DNA of 64,000 nucleotides, taken from assembly GCF_003019035.1 (NCBI RefSeq), contig NZ_CP027447.1. One strand, 5' to 3'. Made by a program: the position numbers and the translations under genes. Positions 10,641 to 21,624 of the stretch are shown piece after piece (positions within the stretch are counted from its first letter, which is position 1; each line of letters begins with the position of its first letter). This stretch comes from Escherichia coli. Its GTDB lineage: Bacteria; Pseudomonadota; Gammaproteobacteria; Enterobacterales; Enterobacteriaceae. A model generated the notes under the pieces. The model was given only the letters and a program-made list of their open reading frames with translations. It was not told the origin of the DNA and searched no databases.

Positions 10641-11906
10641 GTGTCAAAGGCAACCGAACAAAACGACAAGCTCAAACGGGCGATAATTATTTCAGCAGTG
10701 CTGCATGTCATCTTATTTGCGGCGCTGATCTGGAGTTCGTTCGATGAGAATATAGAAGCTTCAGCCGGAGGCGGCGGTGGTTCGTCCATCGACGCTGTCA
10801 TGGTTGATTCAGGTGCGGTAGTTGAGCAGTACAAACGCATGCAAAGCCAGGAATCAAGCGCGAAGCGTTCTGATGAGCAGCGCAAGATGAAGGAACAGCA
10901 GGCTGCTGAAGAACTGCGTGAGAAACAAGCGGCTGAACAGGAACGCCTGAAGCAACTTGAGAAAGAGCGGTTAGCGGCTCAGGAACAGAAAAAGCAGGCT
11001 GAAGAAGCCGCAAAACAGGCCGAGTTAAAGCAGAAGCAAGCGGAAGAAGCGGCAGCGAAAGCGGCGGCAGATGCTAAAGCGAAGGCTGAAGCGGATGCAA
11101 AAGCTGCGGAAGAAGCAGCGAAGAAAGCGGCTGCAGACGCGAAGAAAAAAGCAGAAGCAGAAGCCGCCAAAGCCGCAGCCGAAGCGCAGAAAAAAGCCGA
11201 GGCAGCCGCGGCGGCACTGAAGAAGAAAGCGGAAGCGGCAGAAGCAGCTGCAGCTGAAGCAAGAAAGAAAGCGGCAACTGAAGCTGCTGAAAAAGCCAAA
11301 GCAGAAGCTGAGAAGAAAGCGGCTGCTGAAAAGGCTGCAGCTGATAAGAAAGCGGCAGCAGAGAAAGCGGCAGCCGACAAAAAAGCAGCAGAAAAAGCGG
11401 CTGCTGAAAAGGCAGCAGCTGATAAGAAAGCAGCGGCAGAAAAAGCCGCCGCAGACAAAAAAGCGGCAGCGGCAAAAGCAGCAGCTGAAAAAGCCGCTGC
11501 AGCAAAAGCTGCCGCAGAGGCAGATGATATTTTCGGTGAGCTAAGCTCTGGTAAGAATGCACCGAAAACGGGGGGAGGGGCGAAAGGGAACAATGCTTCG
11601 CCAGCCGGGAGTGGTAATACTAAAAACAATGGCGCATCAGGGGCCGATATCAATAACTATGCCGGGCAGATTAAATCTGCTATCGAAAGTAAGTTCTATG
11701 ACGCATCGTCCTATGCAGGCAAAACCTGTACGCTGCGCATAAAACTGGCACCCGATGGTATGTTACTGGATATCAAACCTGAAGGTGGCGATCCCGCACT
11801 TTGTCAGGCTGCGTTGGCAGCAGCTAAACTTGCGAAGATCCCGAAACCACCAAGCCAGGCAGTATATGAAGTGTTCAAAAACGCGCCATTGGACTTCAAA
11901 CCGTAA
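10641..11906 (+). CDS. tolA: Tol-Pal system protein TolA
   Basis: 421 aa with N-terminal anchor, long Ala/Lys/Glu-rich helical domain II and C-terminal domain III; GTG start. Confidence 0.97.
   Translation: MSKATEQNDKLKRAIIISAVLHVILFAALIWSSFDENIEASAGGGGGSSIDAVMVDSGAVVEQYKRMQSQESSAKRSDEQRKMKEQQAAEELREKQAAEQERLKQLEKERLAAQEQKKQAEEAAKQAELKQKQAEEAAAKAAADAKAKAEADAKAAEEAAKKAAADAKKKAEAEAAKAAAEAQKKAEAAAAALKKKAEAAEAAAAEARKKAATEAAEKAKAEAEKKAAAEKAAADKKAAAEKAAADKKAAEKAAAEKAAADKKAAAEKAAADKKAAAAKAAAEKAAAAKAAAEADDIFGELSSGKNAPKTGGGAKGNNASPAGSGNTKNNGASGADINNYAGQIKSAIESKFYDASSYAGKTCTLRIKLAPDGMLLDIKPEGGDPALCQAALAAAKLAKIPKPPSQAVYEVFKNAPLDFKP
11340..11520 (+). repeat. Imperfect tandem coding repeats (KKAAAEKAAAD units) in tolA domain II
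   Basis: Repeated gataagaaagc(a/g)gc(a/g)gcaga(g/a)aaagc(g/c)gc motif read directly; produces the long spurious Ala-rich antisense ORFs in the track. Confidence 0.8.
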
Positions 11907-12038
11907 TCGCGATGTTGACTGTTCCGACGGTCAACATCAGGCACCGGTTGCCACGGGGTTCTGGTAGTTTTGTGTATTTTAGTTTGTTAACATTCTGCTA
12001 AATTATCGTGGGCCATCGGTCCAGATAAGGGAGATATG

Positions 12039-13331
12039 ATGAAGCAGGCATTACGAGTAGCATTTGGTTTTCTCATACTGTGGGCATCAGTTCTGCATGC
12101 TGAAGTCCGCATTGTGATCGACAGCGGTGTAGATTCCGGTCGTCCTATTGGAGTTGTTCCTTTCCAGTGGGCGGGCCCTGGTGCGGCACCTGAAGATATT
12201 GGCGGCATCGTTGCTGCCGACTTGCGTAACAGCGGTAAATTTAATCCGTTAGATCGCGCTCGTCTGCCACAGCAGCCGGGTAGTGCGCAGGAAGTACAAC
12301 CAGCTGCATGGTCCGCGCTGGGTATTGACGCTGTAGTTGTCGGTCAGGTCACTCCGAATCCGGATGGTTCTTACAATGTTGCTTATCAACTTGTTGACAC
12401 TGGCGGCGCACCGGGTACTGTACTTGCTCAGAACTCGTACAAAGTGAACAAGCAGTGGCTGCGTTATGCTGGTCATACCGCCAGTGATGAAGTGTTTGAA
12501 AAACTGACCGGCATTAAAGGTGCGTTTCGTACCCGTATTGCCTACGTTGTTCAGACCAACGGCGGTCAGTTCCCGTATGAACTGCGCGTATCTGACTATG
12601 ACGGTTACAACCAGTTTGTCGTTCACCGTTCACCGCAGCCGCTGATGTCTCCGGCGTGGTCACCAGACGGTTCTAAACTGGCTTATGTGACCTTCGAAAG
12701 CGGTCGTTCCGCGCTGGTTATTCAGACGCTGGCAAATGGCGCTGTACGTCAGGTGGCTTCATTCCCGCGTCACAACGGTGCACCTGCATTCTCGCCAGAC
12801 GGCAGCAAACTGGCATTCGCCTTGTCGAAAACCGGTAGTCTGAACCTGTACGTAATGGATTTGGCTTCTGGTCAGATCCGCCAGGTGACTGATGGTCGCA
12901 GTAACAATACCGAACCGACCTGGTTCCCGGATAGCCAGAACCTTGCATTTACTTCTGACCAGGCCGGTCGTCCACAGGTTTATAAAGTGAATATCAACGG
13001 CGGTGCGCCACAACGTATTACCTGGGAAGGTTCGCAGAACCAGGATGCGGATGTCAGCAGCGACGGTAAATTTATGGTAATGGTTAGCTCCAACGGTGGA
13101 CAGCAGCACATTGCCAAACAAGATCTGGCAACGGGAGGCGTACAAGTTCTGTCGTCCACGTTCCTGGATGAAACGCCAAGTCTGGCACCTAACGGCACTA
13201 TGGTAATCTACAGCTCTTCTCAGGGGATGGGATCCGTGCTGAATTTGGTTTCTACAGATGGGCGTTTCAAAGCGCGTCTTCCGGCAACTGATGGACAGGT
13301 CAAATTCCCTGCCTGGTCGCCGTATCTGTGA
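12039..13331 (+). CDS. tolB: Tol-Pal system periplasmic protein TolB
   Basis: [21 protein letters not shown] signal peptide plus beta-propeller domain; start trimmed one codon. Confidence 0.97.
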   Translation: MKQALRVAFGFLILWASVLHAEVRIVIDSGVDSGRPIGVVPFQWAGPGAAPEDIGGIVAADLRNSGKFNPLDRARLPQQPGSAQEVQPAAWSALGIDAVVVGQVTPNPDGSYNVAYQLVDTGGAPGTVLAQNSYKVNKQWLRYAGHTASDEVFEKLTGIKGAFRTRIAYVVQTNGGQFPYELRVSDYDGYNQFVVHRSPQPLMSPAWSPDGSKLAYVTFESGRSALVIQTLANGAVRQVASFPRHNGAPAFSPDGSKLAFALSKTGSLNLYVMDLASGQIRQVTDGRSNNTEPTWFPDSQNLAFTSDQAGRPQVYKVNINGGAPQRITWEGSQNQDADVSSDGKFMVMVSSNGGQQHIAKQDLATGGVQVLSSTFLDETPSLAPNGTMVIYSSSQGMGSVLNLVSTDGRFKARLPATDGQVKFPAWSPYL

Positions 13332-13341
13332 TAATAATTAA

Positions 13342-13887
<546 letters not shown>

Positions 13888-13896
13888 GAGAATTGC

Positions 13897-14688
13897 ATGA
13901 GCAGTAACTTCAGACATCAACTATTGAGTCTGTCGTTACTGGTTGGTATAGCGGCCCCCTGGGCCGCTTTTGCTCAGGCACCAATCAGTAGTGTCGGCTC
14001 AGGCTCGGTCGAAGACCGCGTCACTCAACTTGAGCGTATTTCTAATGCTCACAGCCAGCTTTTAACCCAACTCCAGCAACAACTCTCTGATAATCAATCC
14101 GATATTGATTCCCTGCGTGGTCAGATTCAGGAAAATCAGTATCAACTGAATCAGGTCGTGGAGCGGCAAAAGCAGATCCTGTTGCAGATCGACAGCCTCA
14201 GCAGCGGTGGTGCAGCGGCGCAATCAACCAGCGGTGATCAAAGCGGTGCGGCGGCATCAACGACGCCGACAGCTGATGCTGGTACTGCGAATGCTGGCGC
14301 GCCGGTGAAAAGCGGTGATGCAAACACGGATTACAATGCAGCTATTGCGCTGGTGCAGGATAAATCCCGCCAGGATGACGCAATGGTGGCATTTCAGAAT
14401 TTCATCAAAAATTACCCTGATTCAACTTACCTGCCAAACGCCAATTATTGGCTGGGTCAGTTAAACTACAACAAGGGTAAAAAAGATGATGCGGCGTATT
14501 ATTTTGCTTCGGTAGTGAAAAACTATCCGAAGTCACCGAAGGCTGCAGATGCGATGTTTAAAGTCGGCGTCATCATGCAGGACAAAGGTGACACCGCAAA
14601 AGCGAAAGCCGTATACCAGCAGGTTATCAGTAAATACCCTGGTACTGATGGCGCTAAACAGGCGCAAAAACGTCTGAACGCGATGTAA
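13897..14688 (+). CDS. cpoB: Cell division coordinator CpoB (YbgF), TPR protein
   Basis: 263 aa with signal peptide, coiled coil and C-terminal TPR repeats; last gene of the tol-pal operon. Confidence 0.95.
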   Translation: MSSNFRHQLLSLSLLVGIAAPWAAFAQAPISSVGSGSVEDRVTQLERISNAHSQLLTQLQQQLSDNQSDIDSLRGQIQENQYQLNQVVERQKQILLQIDSLSSGGAAAQSTSGDQSGAAASTTPTADAGTANAGAPVKSGDANTDYNAAIALVQDKSRQDDAMVAFQNFIKNYPDSTYLPNANYWLGQLNYNKGKKDDAAYYFASVVKNYPKSPKAADAMFKVGVIMQDKGDTAKAKAVYQQVISKYPGTDGAKQAQKRLNAM

Positions 14689-14759
14689 TGCATAACACAC
14701 GACCAGAAGTCGCATTATTTCTGGTCGTGTCGTGCGAATCATAAGCAGTTGAGTGATCT

Positions 14760-14812
14760 ACATCGAAATTTTTGTTGCGCTCAAGTCTGAAATCAGTAAT
14801 ATATGCCGCCGT
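14760..14812 (+). promoter_or_regulatory. Candidate sigma70 promoter of the lysT tRNA operon
   Basis: TTGCGC (-35), 16-nt spacer, TAATAT (-10), GC-rich discriminator GCCGCC, AT-rich upstream element; typical stable-RNA promoter architecture. Confidence 0.55.
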
Positions 14813-14852
14813 TGCCACGGGATATCAAACAAACCGAAAGCAACGAAAAAGT

Positions 14853-14928
14853 GGGTCGTTAGCTCAGTTGGTAGAGCAGTTGACTTTTAATCAATTGGTC
14901 GCAGGTTCGAATCCTGCACGACCCACCA
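14853..14928 (+). tRNA. lysT: tRNA-Lys (anticodon UUU)
   Basis: 76-nt cloverleaf sequence GGGTCGTTAGCTCAGTTGGTAGAGC...CACGACCCACCA with encoded CCA. Confidence 0.97.
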
Positions 14929-15063
14929 ATCGCTAAGGTGGAAGCGGTAGTAAAACGTGAAGGATAACGTTGCGTCAGCAACGGCCCGAAGGGCGAGACG
15001 AAGTCGAGTCATCCTGCACGACCCACCACTAACATAGTTAGTTGTAGTATCCAGCGTAGTATC

Positions 15064-15139
15064 GGGTGATTAGCTCAGCTGGGAGAGCACCTCCCTTACA
15101 AGGAGGGGGTCGGCGGTTCGATCCCGTCATCACCCACCA
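15064..15139 (+). tRNA. valT: tRNA-Val (anticodon UAC)
   Basis: 76-nt GGGTGATTAGCTCAGCTGGGAGAGC...CATCACCCACCA. Confidence 0.97.
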
Positions 15140-15141
15140 CC

Positions 15142-15217
15142 GGGTCGTTAGCTCAGTTGGTAGAGCAGTTGACTTTTAATCAATTGGTCGCAGGTTCGAA
15201 TCCTGCACGACCCACCA
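15142..15217 (+). tRNA. lysW: tRNA-Lys (UUU)
   Basis: Identical copy of the tRNA-Lys sequence. Confidence 0.97.
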
Positions 15218-15268
15218 CTAATTACGGTGGGTTCGGTGGAAGTAGTTTGTAGTATCCAGCGCAGTATC

Positions 15269-15344
15269 GGGTGATTAGCTCAGCTGGGAGAGCACCTCCC
15301 TTACAAGGAGGGGGTCGGCGGTTCGATCCCGTCATCACCCACCA
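15269..15344 (+). tRNA. valZ: tRNA-Val (UAC)
   Basis: Identical copy of the tRNA-Val sequence. Confidence 0.97.
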
Positions 15345-15347
15345 CTC

Positions 15348-15423
15348 GGGTCGTTAGCTCAGTTGGTAGAGCAGTTGACTTTTAATCAATTGGTCGCAGG
15401 TTCGAATCCTGCACGACCCACCA
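15348..15423 (+). tRNA. lysY: tRNA-Lys (UUU)
   Basis: Identical copy of tRNA-Lys. Confidence 0.97.
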
Positions 15424-15471
15424 ATTTTAAAGATTGGTTCCGAGTAGAAATCTTTCAGGTAACACCCGTAT

Positions 15472-15547
15472 GGGTCGTTAGCTCAGTTGGTAGAGCAGTT
15501 GACTTTTAATCAATTGGTCGCAGGTTCGAATCCTGCACGACCCACCA
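15472..15547 (+). tRNA. lysZ: tRNA-Lys (UUU)
   Basis: Identical copy of tRNA-Lys. Confidence 0.97.
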
Positions 15548-15580
15548 TCCTGAATGATTAAAGCAGCATAATCCCGCAAG

Positions 15581-15656
15581 GGGTCGTTAGCTCAGTTGGT
15601 AGAGCAGTTGACTTTTAATCAATTGGTCGCAGGTTCGAATCCTGCACGACCCACCA
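15581..15656 (+). tRNA. lysQ: tRNA-Lys (UUU)
   Basis: Identical copy of tRNA-Lys. Confidence 0.97.
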
Positions 15657-15660
15657 ATGT

Positions 15661-15690
15661 AAAAAAGCGCCCTAAAGGCGCTTTTTTGCT
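15661..15690 (+). terminator. Rho-independent terminator of the tRNA operon
   Basis: aaaaaagcgcc-ctaa-aggcgcttttttg hairpin with T-run immediately after lysQ. Confidence 0.85.
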
Positions 15691-15813
15691 ATTCAGGCAT
15701 CCTCAATTTCACTGTGTAACCTGATGACATCTTCAGAGCTTACTGTGCAAGCAACTCTACGTCGGTGGAATTAGGCGTAATTCGAGTGACTTTTCCCCAC
15801 CATTCGACTATCT

Positions 15814-15831
15814 TGTTTAGCATATAAAACA
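15814..15831. promoter_or_regulatory. Candidate NadR operator (TGTTTA-N6-AAAACA) upstream of nadA
   Basis: Inverted repeat tgtttagcatataaaaca about 70 nt upstream of nadA; resembles the NAD box consensus. Confidence 0.5.
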
Positions 15832-15903
15832 AATTTCACCGATAACAGCGAATATTACGCTCATGTCGGTTTTAACGTTAAGCCTGTAAAACGAGATGGT
15901 AAG

Positions 15904-16947
15904 ATGAGCGTGATGTTTGATCCTGAAGCGGCGATTTATCCTTTCCCCCCGAAGCCGACGCCGTTAAGTATTGATGAAAAAGCGTATTACCGTGAGAAGA
16001 TAAAACGTCTGCTAAAAGAACGTAATGCGGTGATGGTTGCCCACTACTACACCGATCCCGAAATTCAACAACTGGCAGAAGAAACCGGTGGCTGTATTTC
16101 TGATTCTCTGGAAATGGCGCGCTTCGGTGCAAAGCATCCCGCTTCTACGTTGTTAGTCGCGGGGGTGAGATTTATGGGAGAAACCGCCAAAATTCTCAGT
16201 CCGGAAAAAACAATTCTGATGCCGACACTTCAGGCTGAATGTTCACTGGATCTCGGCTGCCCTGTTGAAGAATTTAACGCATTTTGCGATGCCCATCCCG
16301 ATCATACTGTCGTCGTCTACGCCAACACTTCTGCTGCGGTAAAAGCGCGGGCAGATTGGGTGGTAACTTCAAGCATTGCCGTCGAACTTATTGATCATCT
16401 GGATAGTTTGGGTGAAAAAATCATCTGGGCACCCGACAAACATCTGGGGCGTTACGTGCAAAAACAGACGGGCGCAGACATTTTATGTTGGCAGGGTGCC
16501 TGCATTGTGCATGATGAGTTTAAGACTCAGGCGTTAACCCGCTTGCAAGAAGAATACCCGGATGCTGCCATACTGGTGCATCCAGAATCACCGCAAGCTA
16601 TTGTCGATATGGCGGATGCGGTCGGTTCCACCAGTCAACTGATCGCTGCTGCGAAAACATTGCCACATCAGCGACTTATCGTGGCAACCGATCGGGGCAT
16701 TTTCTACAAAATGCAGCAGGCGGTGCCAGATAAAGAGTTACTGGAAGCACCAACCGCGGGTGAGGGTGCAACCTGCCGCAGCTGCGCGCATTGTCCGTGG
16801 ATGGCCATGAATGGCCTTCAGGCCATCGCAGAGGCATTAGAACAGGAAGGAAGCAATCACGAGGTTCATGTTGATGAAAGGCTGCGAGAGAGGGCGCTGG
16901 TGCCGCTCAATCGTATGCTGGATTTTGCGGCTACACTACGTGGATAA
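15904..16947 (+). CDS. nadA: Quinolinate synthase
   Basis: 347 aa, MSVMFDP...[13 protein letters not shown] matches NadA. Confidence 0.97.
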   Translation: MSVMFDPEAAIYPFPPKPTPLSIDEKAYYREKIKRLLKERNAVMVAHYYTDPEIQQLAEETGGCISDSLEMARFGAKHPASTLLVAGVRFMGETAKILSPEKTILMPTLQAECSLDLGCPVEEFNAFCDAHPDHTVVVYANTSAAVKARADWVVTSSIAVELIDHLDSLGEKIIWAPDKHLGRYVQKQTGADILCWQGACIVHDEFKTQALTRLQEEYPDAAILVHPESPQAIVDMADAVGSTSQLIAAAKTLPHQRLIVATDRGIFYKMQQAVPDKELLEAPTAGEGATCRSCAHCPWMAMNGLQAIAEALEQEGSNHEVHVDERLRERALVPLNRMLDFAATLRG

Positions 16948-16984
16948 CGAATAATAAGGCGTAACGTTACGCTTTGGGGGAAAG

Positions 16985-17704
16985 ATGGATTTTTTTAGTG
17001 TGCAGAATATCCTGGTACATATACCAATAGGAGCAGGCGGTTATGATCTCTCATGGATCGAAGCGGTAGGCACGATCGCCGGGTTGTTGTGTATTGGCCT
17101 TGCCAGTCTGGAGAAGATCAGCAACTACTTCTTTGGCCTGATCAACGTCACCTTGTTTGGCATTATTTTCTTTCAGATTCAGCTGTATGCCAGCCTGCTA
17201 TTACAGATGTTTTTCTTTGCCGCGAATATTTACGGCTGGTATGCGTGGTCGCGACAAACCAGTCAGAACGAGGCGGAGTTGAAAATTCGCTGGTTGCCAT
17301 TGCCGAAGGCGCTATGCTGGTTGGCGGTTTGCGTTGTTTCGATTGGTCTGATGACGGTATTTATCAATCCGGTGTTTGCATTTTTGACCCGCGTGGCAGT
17401 CATCATCATGCAAGCATTAGGATTACAGGTTGCGATGCCTGAACTGCAACCGGACGCTTTCCCGTTCTGGGATTCCTGCATGATGGTGTTATCTATCGTG
17501 GCAATGATTCTGATGACGCGTAAATATGTGGAAAACTGGCTGTTGTGGGTGATTATTAACGTGATTAGCGTCGTTATTTTTGCACTTCAGGGCGTTTACG
17601 CCATGTCTCTGGAGTACATCATCCTGACCTTTATTGCGCTCAACGGCAGCCGGATGTGGATCAACAGCGCACGCGAAAGAGGCTCACGCGCGCTGTCCCA
17701 TTAA
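16985..17704 (+). CDS. pnuC: Nicotinamide riboside transporter PnuC
   Basis: 239 aa polytopic membrane protein matching PnuC; downstream of nadA. Confidence 0.96.
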   Translation: MDFFSVQNILVHIPIGAGGYDLSWIEAVGTIAGLLCIGLASLEKISNYFFGLINVTLFGIIFFQIQLYASLLLQMFFFAANIYGWYAWSRQTSQNEAELKIRWLPLPKALCWLAVCVVSIGLMTVFINPVFAFLTRVAVIIMQALGLQVAMPELQPDAFPFWDSCMMVLSIVAMILMTRKYVENWLLWVIINVISVVIFALQGVYAMSLEYIILTFIALNGSRMWINSARERGSRALSH

Positions 17705-18642
17705 TGGTGATGATGTGAATGGCCAGACACCCCTTCATTCAGGTGGCAGTCTGGCCCATGACAAGGTTGATATTCCATCTGAATAGTGGCGTGCTCAATC
17801 TGATAGTGATCCATCAGGTAGTGTTGGATCTGATCTAACAAGGCATCGTGATCGTGTGGCGGGATCACCTGCACATGCAGCGTCATCACCGGCTTCTCGC
17901 CTACCATCCATACATGTACATGGTGCACATTGCGGACTTCCGGGATTTCCCGGCACATACGACGCTTCAGTTCGGCGATATCCAGCGATACCGGTGCACC
18001 TTCAAGTAATTCATTCACGCTATCTTTCAACAGTCGCCACGCGCTACGCAGAACCAGAAGCGACACCAGTATTGAGAGAATGGGGTCAGCAGGTGTCCAG
18101 CCGGTCCAGATAATAATCAACGCGGCAATAATAGCCCCAACCGAACCCAGCAGGTCCCCGAGCACATGCAGTGCCGCTGCTCGCACGTTGAGGTTTTTCT
18201 CTTCGCTGCCGTGATGAAGTAACCAGAAAGAAAGTATATTTGCCAGCAGCCCAGCCACGGCAATTGCCATCATCATGCCGCCCTCGACCGGACGCGGAGT
18301 GCGGAAGCGTTCTATCGCCTCCCAGACAATCAAAATAGTAATCACCACCAGGGCGATGGCATTCACAAACGCCGCGAGCGTGGTCAATCTTAGCCAACCG
18401 AAAGTGTGGCGAATGGTGGGAGGACGACGGGAAAATTGCACTGCGAGTAGGGCGAAAAGCAGGGCGGCAGTATCGGTCAACATATGACCCGCATCGGCCA
18501 GCAATGCCAGAGAACCGGAAAGAAAACCACCAATGACTTCTACGAGCATAAACCCGGCAGTCACGCCGAAAGCATACAACAAGCGACGAGCATTATTATC
18601 TTCTGGCAGGTGTGAGGAAGTGTGTGAGTGTGAGTGCGCCAT
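17701..18642 (-). CDS. zitB: Zinc efflux cation-diffusion-facilitator transporter ZitB
   Basis: 313 aa CDF protein with His-rich termini ([11 protein letters not shown]... HSHHHH). Confidence 0.95.
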   Translation of the reverse strand: MAHSHSHTSSHLPEDNNARRLLYAFGVTAGFMLVEVIGGFLSGSLALLADAGHMLTDTAALLFALLAVQFSRRPPTIRHTFGWLRLTTLAAFVNAIALVVITILIVWEAIERFRTPRPVEGGMMMAIAVAGLLANILSFWLLHHGSEEKNLNVRAAALHVLGDLLGSVGAIIAALIIIWTGWTPADPILSILVSLLVLRSAWRLLKDSVNELLEGAPVSLDIAELKRRMCREIPEVRNVHHVHVWMVGEKPVMTLHVQVIPPHDHDALLDQIQHYLMDHYQIEHATIQMEYQPCHGPDCHLNEGVSGHSHHHH

Positions 18643-18755
18643 GACGAGTCATCCCTTAATTATTCTCACTTAACTTTATGACATCATACTGCTTTTAGAA
18701 GGGAAAAATTAAAAGGGAGAGACTCCGCTCTCCCATTATTGGCTATTTCGCAGGG

Positions 18756-19136
18756 TTACTGCGTGGTACCGTCGGTTTTGGTATCGACATCATTGTTGAT
18801 GCCATCACCGGTTTGGACTTTTTTATTGATATCAGGACAGCGGCCATCTTTGCACATGGTGTTCTTGTGCTCTTCATCTTTGGTCATTCCGTCATTGTTC
18901 ATTGAAGAACCATCCGAATGCAGCATTGTGCCACCAGAACCGGTATTTACCCCGTTATTGTCGACGTTATTTGGCGCGACATTTTCACGGGCGTCAGGGG
19001 CTACCTGGCCCGCATCAGCTGCGGCGTTTGCCTGGCCGTTATTAGTTTGTGCTCCGCTATCGGCAGCCAGTGCGGCACCGCTGGCAAGGCTTAGAGTGGC
19101 AGTCAAAAATAGTGTGGCCAGTTTTGTCATTTTCAT
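18756..19136 (-). CDS. ybgS: Secreted protein YbgS
   Basis: 126 aa with signal peptide [24 protein letters not shown], Asn/Gly/Asp-rich mature region. Confidence 0.9.
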
Positions 19137-19363
19137 AGGATGCTCCTGTTATGGTCGTTATGTCGGATAACCTCTTCCAACAGTGCATTTGCAGGTGAAT
19201 ATAAGGCAATGGTTTAAGATTTCAGCCAGGCAAAGATACCCAGCAGAGAATCTTGAAATAATTAACAAACAAAGGAGTTACAGTTAGAAATTGTAGGAGA
19301 GATCTCGTTTTTCGCGACAATCTGGCGTTTTTCTTGCTAATTCCAGGATTAATCCGTTCATAG

Positions 19364-19381
19364 TGTAAAACCCCGTTTACA
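19364..19381. promoter_or_regulatory. TyrR box (TGTAAA-N6-TTTACA) in the aroG promoter
   Basis: tgtaaaaccccgtttaca read directly about 70 nt upstream of aroG; aroG is a known TyrR target. Confidence 0.7.
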
Positions 19382-19451
19382 CATTCTGACGGAAGATATA
19401 GATTGGAAGTATTGCATTCACTAAGATAAGTATGGCAACACTGGAACAGAC

Positions 19452-20504
19452 ATGAATTATCAGAACGACGATTTACGCATCAAAGAAATCAAAGAGTTAC
19501 TTCCTCCTGTCGCATTGCTGGAAAAATTCCCCGCTACTGAAAATGCCGCGAATACGGTCGCCCATGCCCGAAAAGCGATCCATAAGATCCTGAAAGGTAA
19601 TGATGATCGCCTGTTGGTGGTGATTGGCCCATGCTCAATTCATGATCCTGTCGCAGCAAAAGAGTATGCCACTCGCTTGCTGGCGCTGCGTGAAGAGCTG
19701 AAAGATGAGCTGGAAATCGTAATGCGCGTCTATTTTGAAAAGCCGCGTACAACGGTGGGCTGGAAAGGGCTGATTAACGATCCGCATATGGATAACAGCT
19801 TCCAGATCAACGACGGTCTGCGTATTGCCCGCAAATTGCTGCTCGATATTAACGACAGCGGTCTGCCAGCGGCGGGTGAATTCCTGGATATGATCACCCC
19901 ACAATATCTCGCTGACCTGATGAGCTGGGGCGCAATTGGCGCACGTACTACGGAATCGCAGGTGCACCGCGAACTGGCGTCTGGTCTTTCTTGCCCGGTA
20001 GGCTTCAAAAATGGCACTGATGGTACGATTAAAGTGGCTATCGATGCTATTAATGCCGCCGGTGCGCCGCACTGCTTCCTGTCCGTAACGAAATGGGGGC
20101 ATTCGGCGATTGTGAATACCAGCGGTAACGGCGATTGCCATATCATTCTGCGCGGCGGTAAAGAGCCTAACTACAGCGCGAAGCACGTTGCTGAAGTGAA
20201 AGACGGGCTGAACAAAGCAGGTCTGCCAGCGCAGGTGATGATCGATTTCAGCCACGCCAACTCGTCCAAACAATTCAAAAAGCAGATGGATGTTTGTGCT
20301 GACGTTTGCCAGCAGATTGCCGGTGGCGAAAAGGCTATTATTGGCGTGATGGTGGAAAGCCATCTGGTGGAAGGCAATCAGAGCCTCGAGAGTGGGGAAC
20401 CGCTGGCCTATGGCAAGAGCATCACCGATGCCTGCATTGGCTGGGATGATACCGATGCTCTGTTACGTCAACTGGCGAATGCAGTAAAAGCGCGTCGCGG
20501 GTAA
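19452..20504 (+). CDS. aroG: DAHP synthase, Phe-sensitive
   Basis: 350 aa, MNYQNDDLRIKEIKELLPPVALLEKFPATE... matches AroG. Confidence 0.97.
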   Translation: MNYQNDDLRIKEIKELLPPVALLEKFPATENAANTVAHARKAIHKILKGNDDRLLVVIGPCSIHDPVAAKEYATRLLALREELKDELEIVMRVYFEKPRTTVGWKGLINDPHMDNSFQINDGLRIARKLLLDINDSGLPAAGEFLDMITPQYLADLMSWGAIGARTTESQVHRELASGLSCPVGFKNGTDGTIKVAIDAINAAGAPHCFLSVTKWGHSAIVNTSGNGDCHIILRGGKEPNYSAKHVAEVKDGLNKAGLPAQVMIDFSHANSSKQFKKQMDVCADVCQQIAGGEKAIIGVMVESHLVEGNQSLESGEPLAYGKSITDACIGWDDTDALLRQLANAVKARRG

Positions 20505-20557
20505 AGTTTAATTGTCGGATGCGCCGTCAGAGTGGCGTATCCGATTAATCACCGGAG

Positions 20558-20588
20558 GCCTGATAAGACGCGCAGCGTCGCATCAGGC
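20558..20588. repeat. REP (repetitive extragenic palindromic) element
   Basis: gcctgataagacgcg...cgtcgcatcaggc palindrome typical of E. coli REP. Confidence 0.75.
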
Positions 20589-20614
20589 AATGTGCTCCAT
20601 TGTTAGCAACGACA

Positions 20615-20657
20615 AACAAAAAAGCCGACTCACTTGCAGTCGGCTTTCTCATTTTTA
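20615..20657. terminator. Bidirectional rho-independent terminator between aroG and gpmA
   Basis: A-run, hairpin agccgact/agtcggct, T-run. Confidence 0.8.
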
Positions 20658-20669
20658 AACGAATGACGT

Positions 20670-21422
20670 TTACTTCGCTTTACCCTGGTTCGCAACGGCT
20701 GCTGCTTTCGCCGCGATCTCATCAGCATTACCCAGATAATAGCGTTTCAGCGGTTTGAAGTTCTCGTCAAACTCATAAACCAGCGGCATGCCGGTCGGGA
20801 TATTCAGCTCAAGAATCTCTTCTTCGCTCATGTTATCGAGATATTTCACCAGCGCACGTAACGAGTTACCGTGTGCAGCGATGATGACGCGCTCACCGCT
20901 CTTCATACGCGGCAGAATGGTTTCATTCCAGTAAGGGATCACGCGGTCAATGGTCAGCGCCAGGCTTTCCGTCAGTGGCAGCTCTTTCTCGCTCAGTTTC
21001 GCGTAACGCGGATCGTGACCCGGATAACGCTCATCATCTTTAGTCAGTTCCGGCGGAGTCACCGCAAAACCACGACGCCACTGTTTCACCTGCTCGTCGC
21101 CATACTTTTCAGCGGTTTCCGCTTTGTTCAGACCCTGCAATGCACCGTAGTGACGTTCGTTCAGTTTCCAGGATTTCTCAACGGGCAGCCATGCCTGATC
21201 CAGTTCGTCCAGCACATTCCATAGGGTATGAATAGCGCGTTTCAGCACAGAGGTGTAAGCAAAGTCAAAGCTGTAACCTTCCTCTTTCAGCAGCTTACCT
21301 GCTGCTTTTGCTTCGCTTACGCCTTTCTCAGACAGATCCACGTCGTACCAACCGGTGAAACGGTTTTCTTTGTTCCACTGACTTTCGCCATGACGAACCA
21401 GAACCAGCTTAGTTACAGCCAT
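20670..21422 (-). CDS. gpmA: 2,3-bisphosphoglycerate-dependent phosphoglycerate mutase
   Basis: [25 protein letters not shown]... matches GpmA (250 aa); start trimmed from track. Confidence 0.97.
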   Translation of the reverse strand: MAVTKLVLVRHGESQWNKENRFTGWYDVDLSEKGVSEAKAAGKLLKEEGYSFDFAYTSVLKRAIHTLWNVLDELDQAWLPVEKSWKLNERHYGALQGLNKAETAEKYGDEQVKQWRRGFAVTPPELTKDDERYPGHDPRYAKLSEKELPLTESLALTIDRVIPYWNETILPRMKSGERVIIAAHGNSLRALVKYLDNMSEEEILELNIPTGMPLVYEFDENFKPLKRYYLGNADEIAAKAAAVANQGKAK

Positions 21423-21624
21423 ATACTTACTCCTCAAATCATCTTTTAATGATAATAATTCTCATTATATTGCCGTGACGAAGCAACAGCAATGCTTACG
21501 CATAACCATAGCGAAAATAGTGTCGCAGTGTAAGGTTGTTGTGAATATTGAGTTGCAAATATGTCGGTGTTTGCTGGTGATTTGAACAATATGAGGATAA
21601 AGCCCTCATGACGAGGGCTTAACA

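Noticed and set aside
10979-11653. 224-aa and 162-aa Ala/Leu-rich ORFs on the minus strand
   Set aside because: Artefacts of the GC-rich tandem repeat in tolA domain II; translation is pure low-complexity.
14853-15656. Possible CRISPR-like or generic repeat array (regularly spaced about 76-bp repeats)
   Set aside because: The repeated units are complete tRNA-Lys and tRNA-Val genes with cloverleaf structure and CCA ends; spacers are ordinary tRNA operon spacers.
19635-20363. 242-aa minus-strand ORF
   Set aside because: Antisense to aroG.
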